NCBI GenBank assembly: GCA_037447605.1
Contig: CM074809.1
Span: 1,168,689-1,232,688 of the forward strand
DNA: 64,000 bases
Source: Zygnema circumcarinatum SAG 698-1b
Lineage: Eukaryota > Plantae > Zygnematophyceae
Direction: 5' to 3'
This document shows positions 63,101 through 64,000 of this stretch, one piece after another. The notes beneath the pieces were generated by a model, which worked only from the letters and a program-made list of their open reading frames with translations, was not told the DNA's origin and made no database searches. A program made the translations under genes and the position numbers. Positions within the stretch are counted from its first letter, which is position 1; each line of letters opens with the position of its first letter.

Positions 63101-64000
63101 GGCTTGGACAGTGACTGGTGCGGTCCTTAGCCGATCAGGGCAGCCGCTCGTCGGCATCATGCTCAATAGCAGAAGGTATTCCCTCTCGCCATAATACTGC
63201 TGCTAGCCGAAAGAGTGAAAACGTATAACATGCAACGACATGTTTTCCTAATCAGTGGTCGGTGTCAAAAGAACGTTCGCGATCGTCGGTTCTCAGAATT
63301 GTGGAATGGTACTTCATGATGTTTGTACATTACATGTATTGCCAGCTTCTGAAAAGAGGGAGTTGGATTCTCGCTTGTGCAGTGATGCTGATGAGAAGCT
63401 TGTGGCGGCTCTGACTGGAGTGAATAAGGCAGCCGGTCAGCCGAGGTATGCTGACTCTTGTTTTCAATCGTCTTGTTTGCATAAAGCTCTGCCTATTAGA
63501 AGTATAGGTTTAGGCTTACATGCTGAAAGAGCCAGAATCACTTGAGTTCAGATTGGATTCTACTATCCGACATTAGAGGCCTGAGATAGATGGGGACAGA
63601 AAATTATTGAAGAGAAGATGATTTCCGTCCTTCAATTGTTGCATTGAAACGGCTAACGGCTAACAGCAACGGCTTTCCGACATTAGAAGCATGTGATAGA
63701 TGGGGGACAGAATTTTTTTTTGGGATAAGATGATTTCCGTCCTTTAATTGTTGCATTGAAACGGCTAGTCTATTCATAGCAGGGTCTGGTGATTTGCAGG
63801 AAGTTGATTATAGCCGATGCTAGGCCCCGAAAAAATGCACTTGCAAATGGGGCCCTTGGCGGTGGCAGTGAACCTTCAAGCCACTACCGCTCCTCAGAAG
63901 TAAGTGTCTAGCCACTGTTTGTCTGCCAAATATTGCTTTTTACTTCCTTTATCGTAAGCTATAGTGAAGAAGGTGGGCTCTGGAAGCTTATACCTTCCGA
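60134..64000 (+). CDS. MTM: Myotubularin (PI3P/PI(3,5)P2 phosphatase), 5' part; continues beyond the window
   Basis: Exons read ..EAGEAVLLE|VDDVVFFNTNLRGSILLTT..VALGSFPLATIERV (PH-GRAM-like), EYERLL..EWRISDVNANYTVCSTYPSLLVLPA, RARGRLPVFCWQHP, GAVLSRSGQPLVG, CSDADEKLVAAL. The start at 60134 is tentative. Confidence 0.88.
63567..63767. repeat. Imperfect ~90-bp tandem duplication in a myotubularin intron
   Basis: 63567-63655 and 63677-63767 share CCGACATTAGA..GATAGATGGGGACAGAA..AAGATGATTTCCGTCCTT.AATTGTTGCATTGAAACGGCTA. Confidence 0.85.

Noticed and set aside
1-64000. tRNA, rRNA, snRNA or snoRNA genes
   Set aside because: I recognised no convincing cloverleaf, rRNA or box C/D pattern by eye. 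A covariance-model scan (tRNAscan-SE, Infernal/Rfam) would be needed to exclude them.

Overview
This is eukaryotic, intron-rich nuclear DNA from a green plant lineage. GT-AG introns, TTTAGGG-type telo-boxes, GA/CT microsatellites and land-plant-like orthologues point to a streptophyte alga or early-diverging land plant (inference). I can support about 12 protein-coding genes, in order: 3' part of a cyanobacterial-type Ser/Thr kinase (+), a stand-alone RIG-I-CTD-like Zn domain (+), a bacterial-type MetX-like alpha/beta hydrolase (-), XRCC2 (-), ABC1K2-like kinase (+), gamma-tocopherol methyltransferase VTE4 (-), homogentisate phytyltransferase VTE2/HPT1 (+), an unidentified multi-exon gene (+), NDC1 (-), an LSMT-like SET methyltransferase (+), beta-carotene hydroxylase (-), OPA3-like (-), and the 5' part of a myotubularin (+). 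There is also a truncated hAT element inside a ~2 kb duplication split by an N-gap, a MITE, and a dispersed ~85 bp repeat. The top candidate system is VTE4 and VTE2 (last and first committed steps of tocopherol synthesis) placed head-to-head. They share a ~1.7 kb intergenic region dense in G-boxes and CCAAT boxes, and sit within a wider plastid prenyl-lipid/photoprotection neighbourhood (ABC1K, BCH). The second candidate is the intronless RLR-CTD-like gene. Gene identities come from remembered family motifs, not database searches. Exon boundaries were read by hand and may be off by a few nt.
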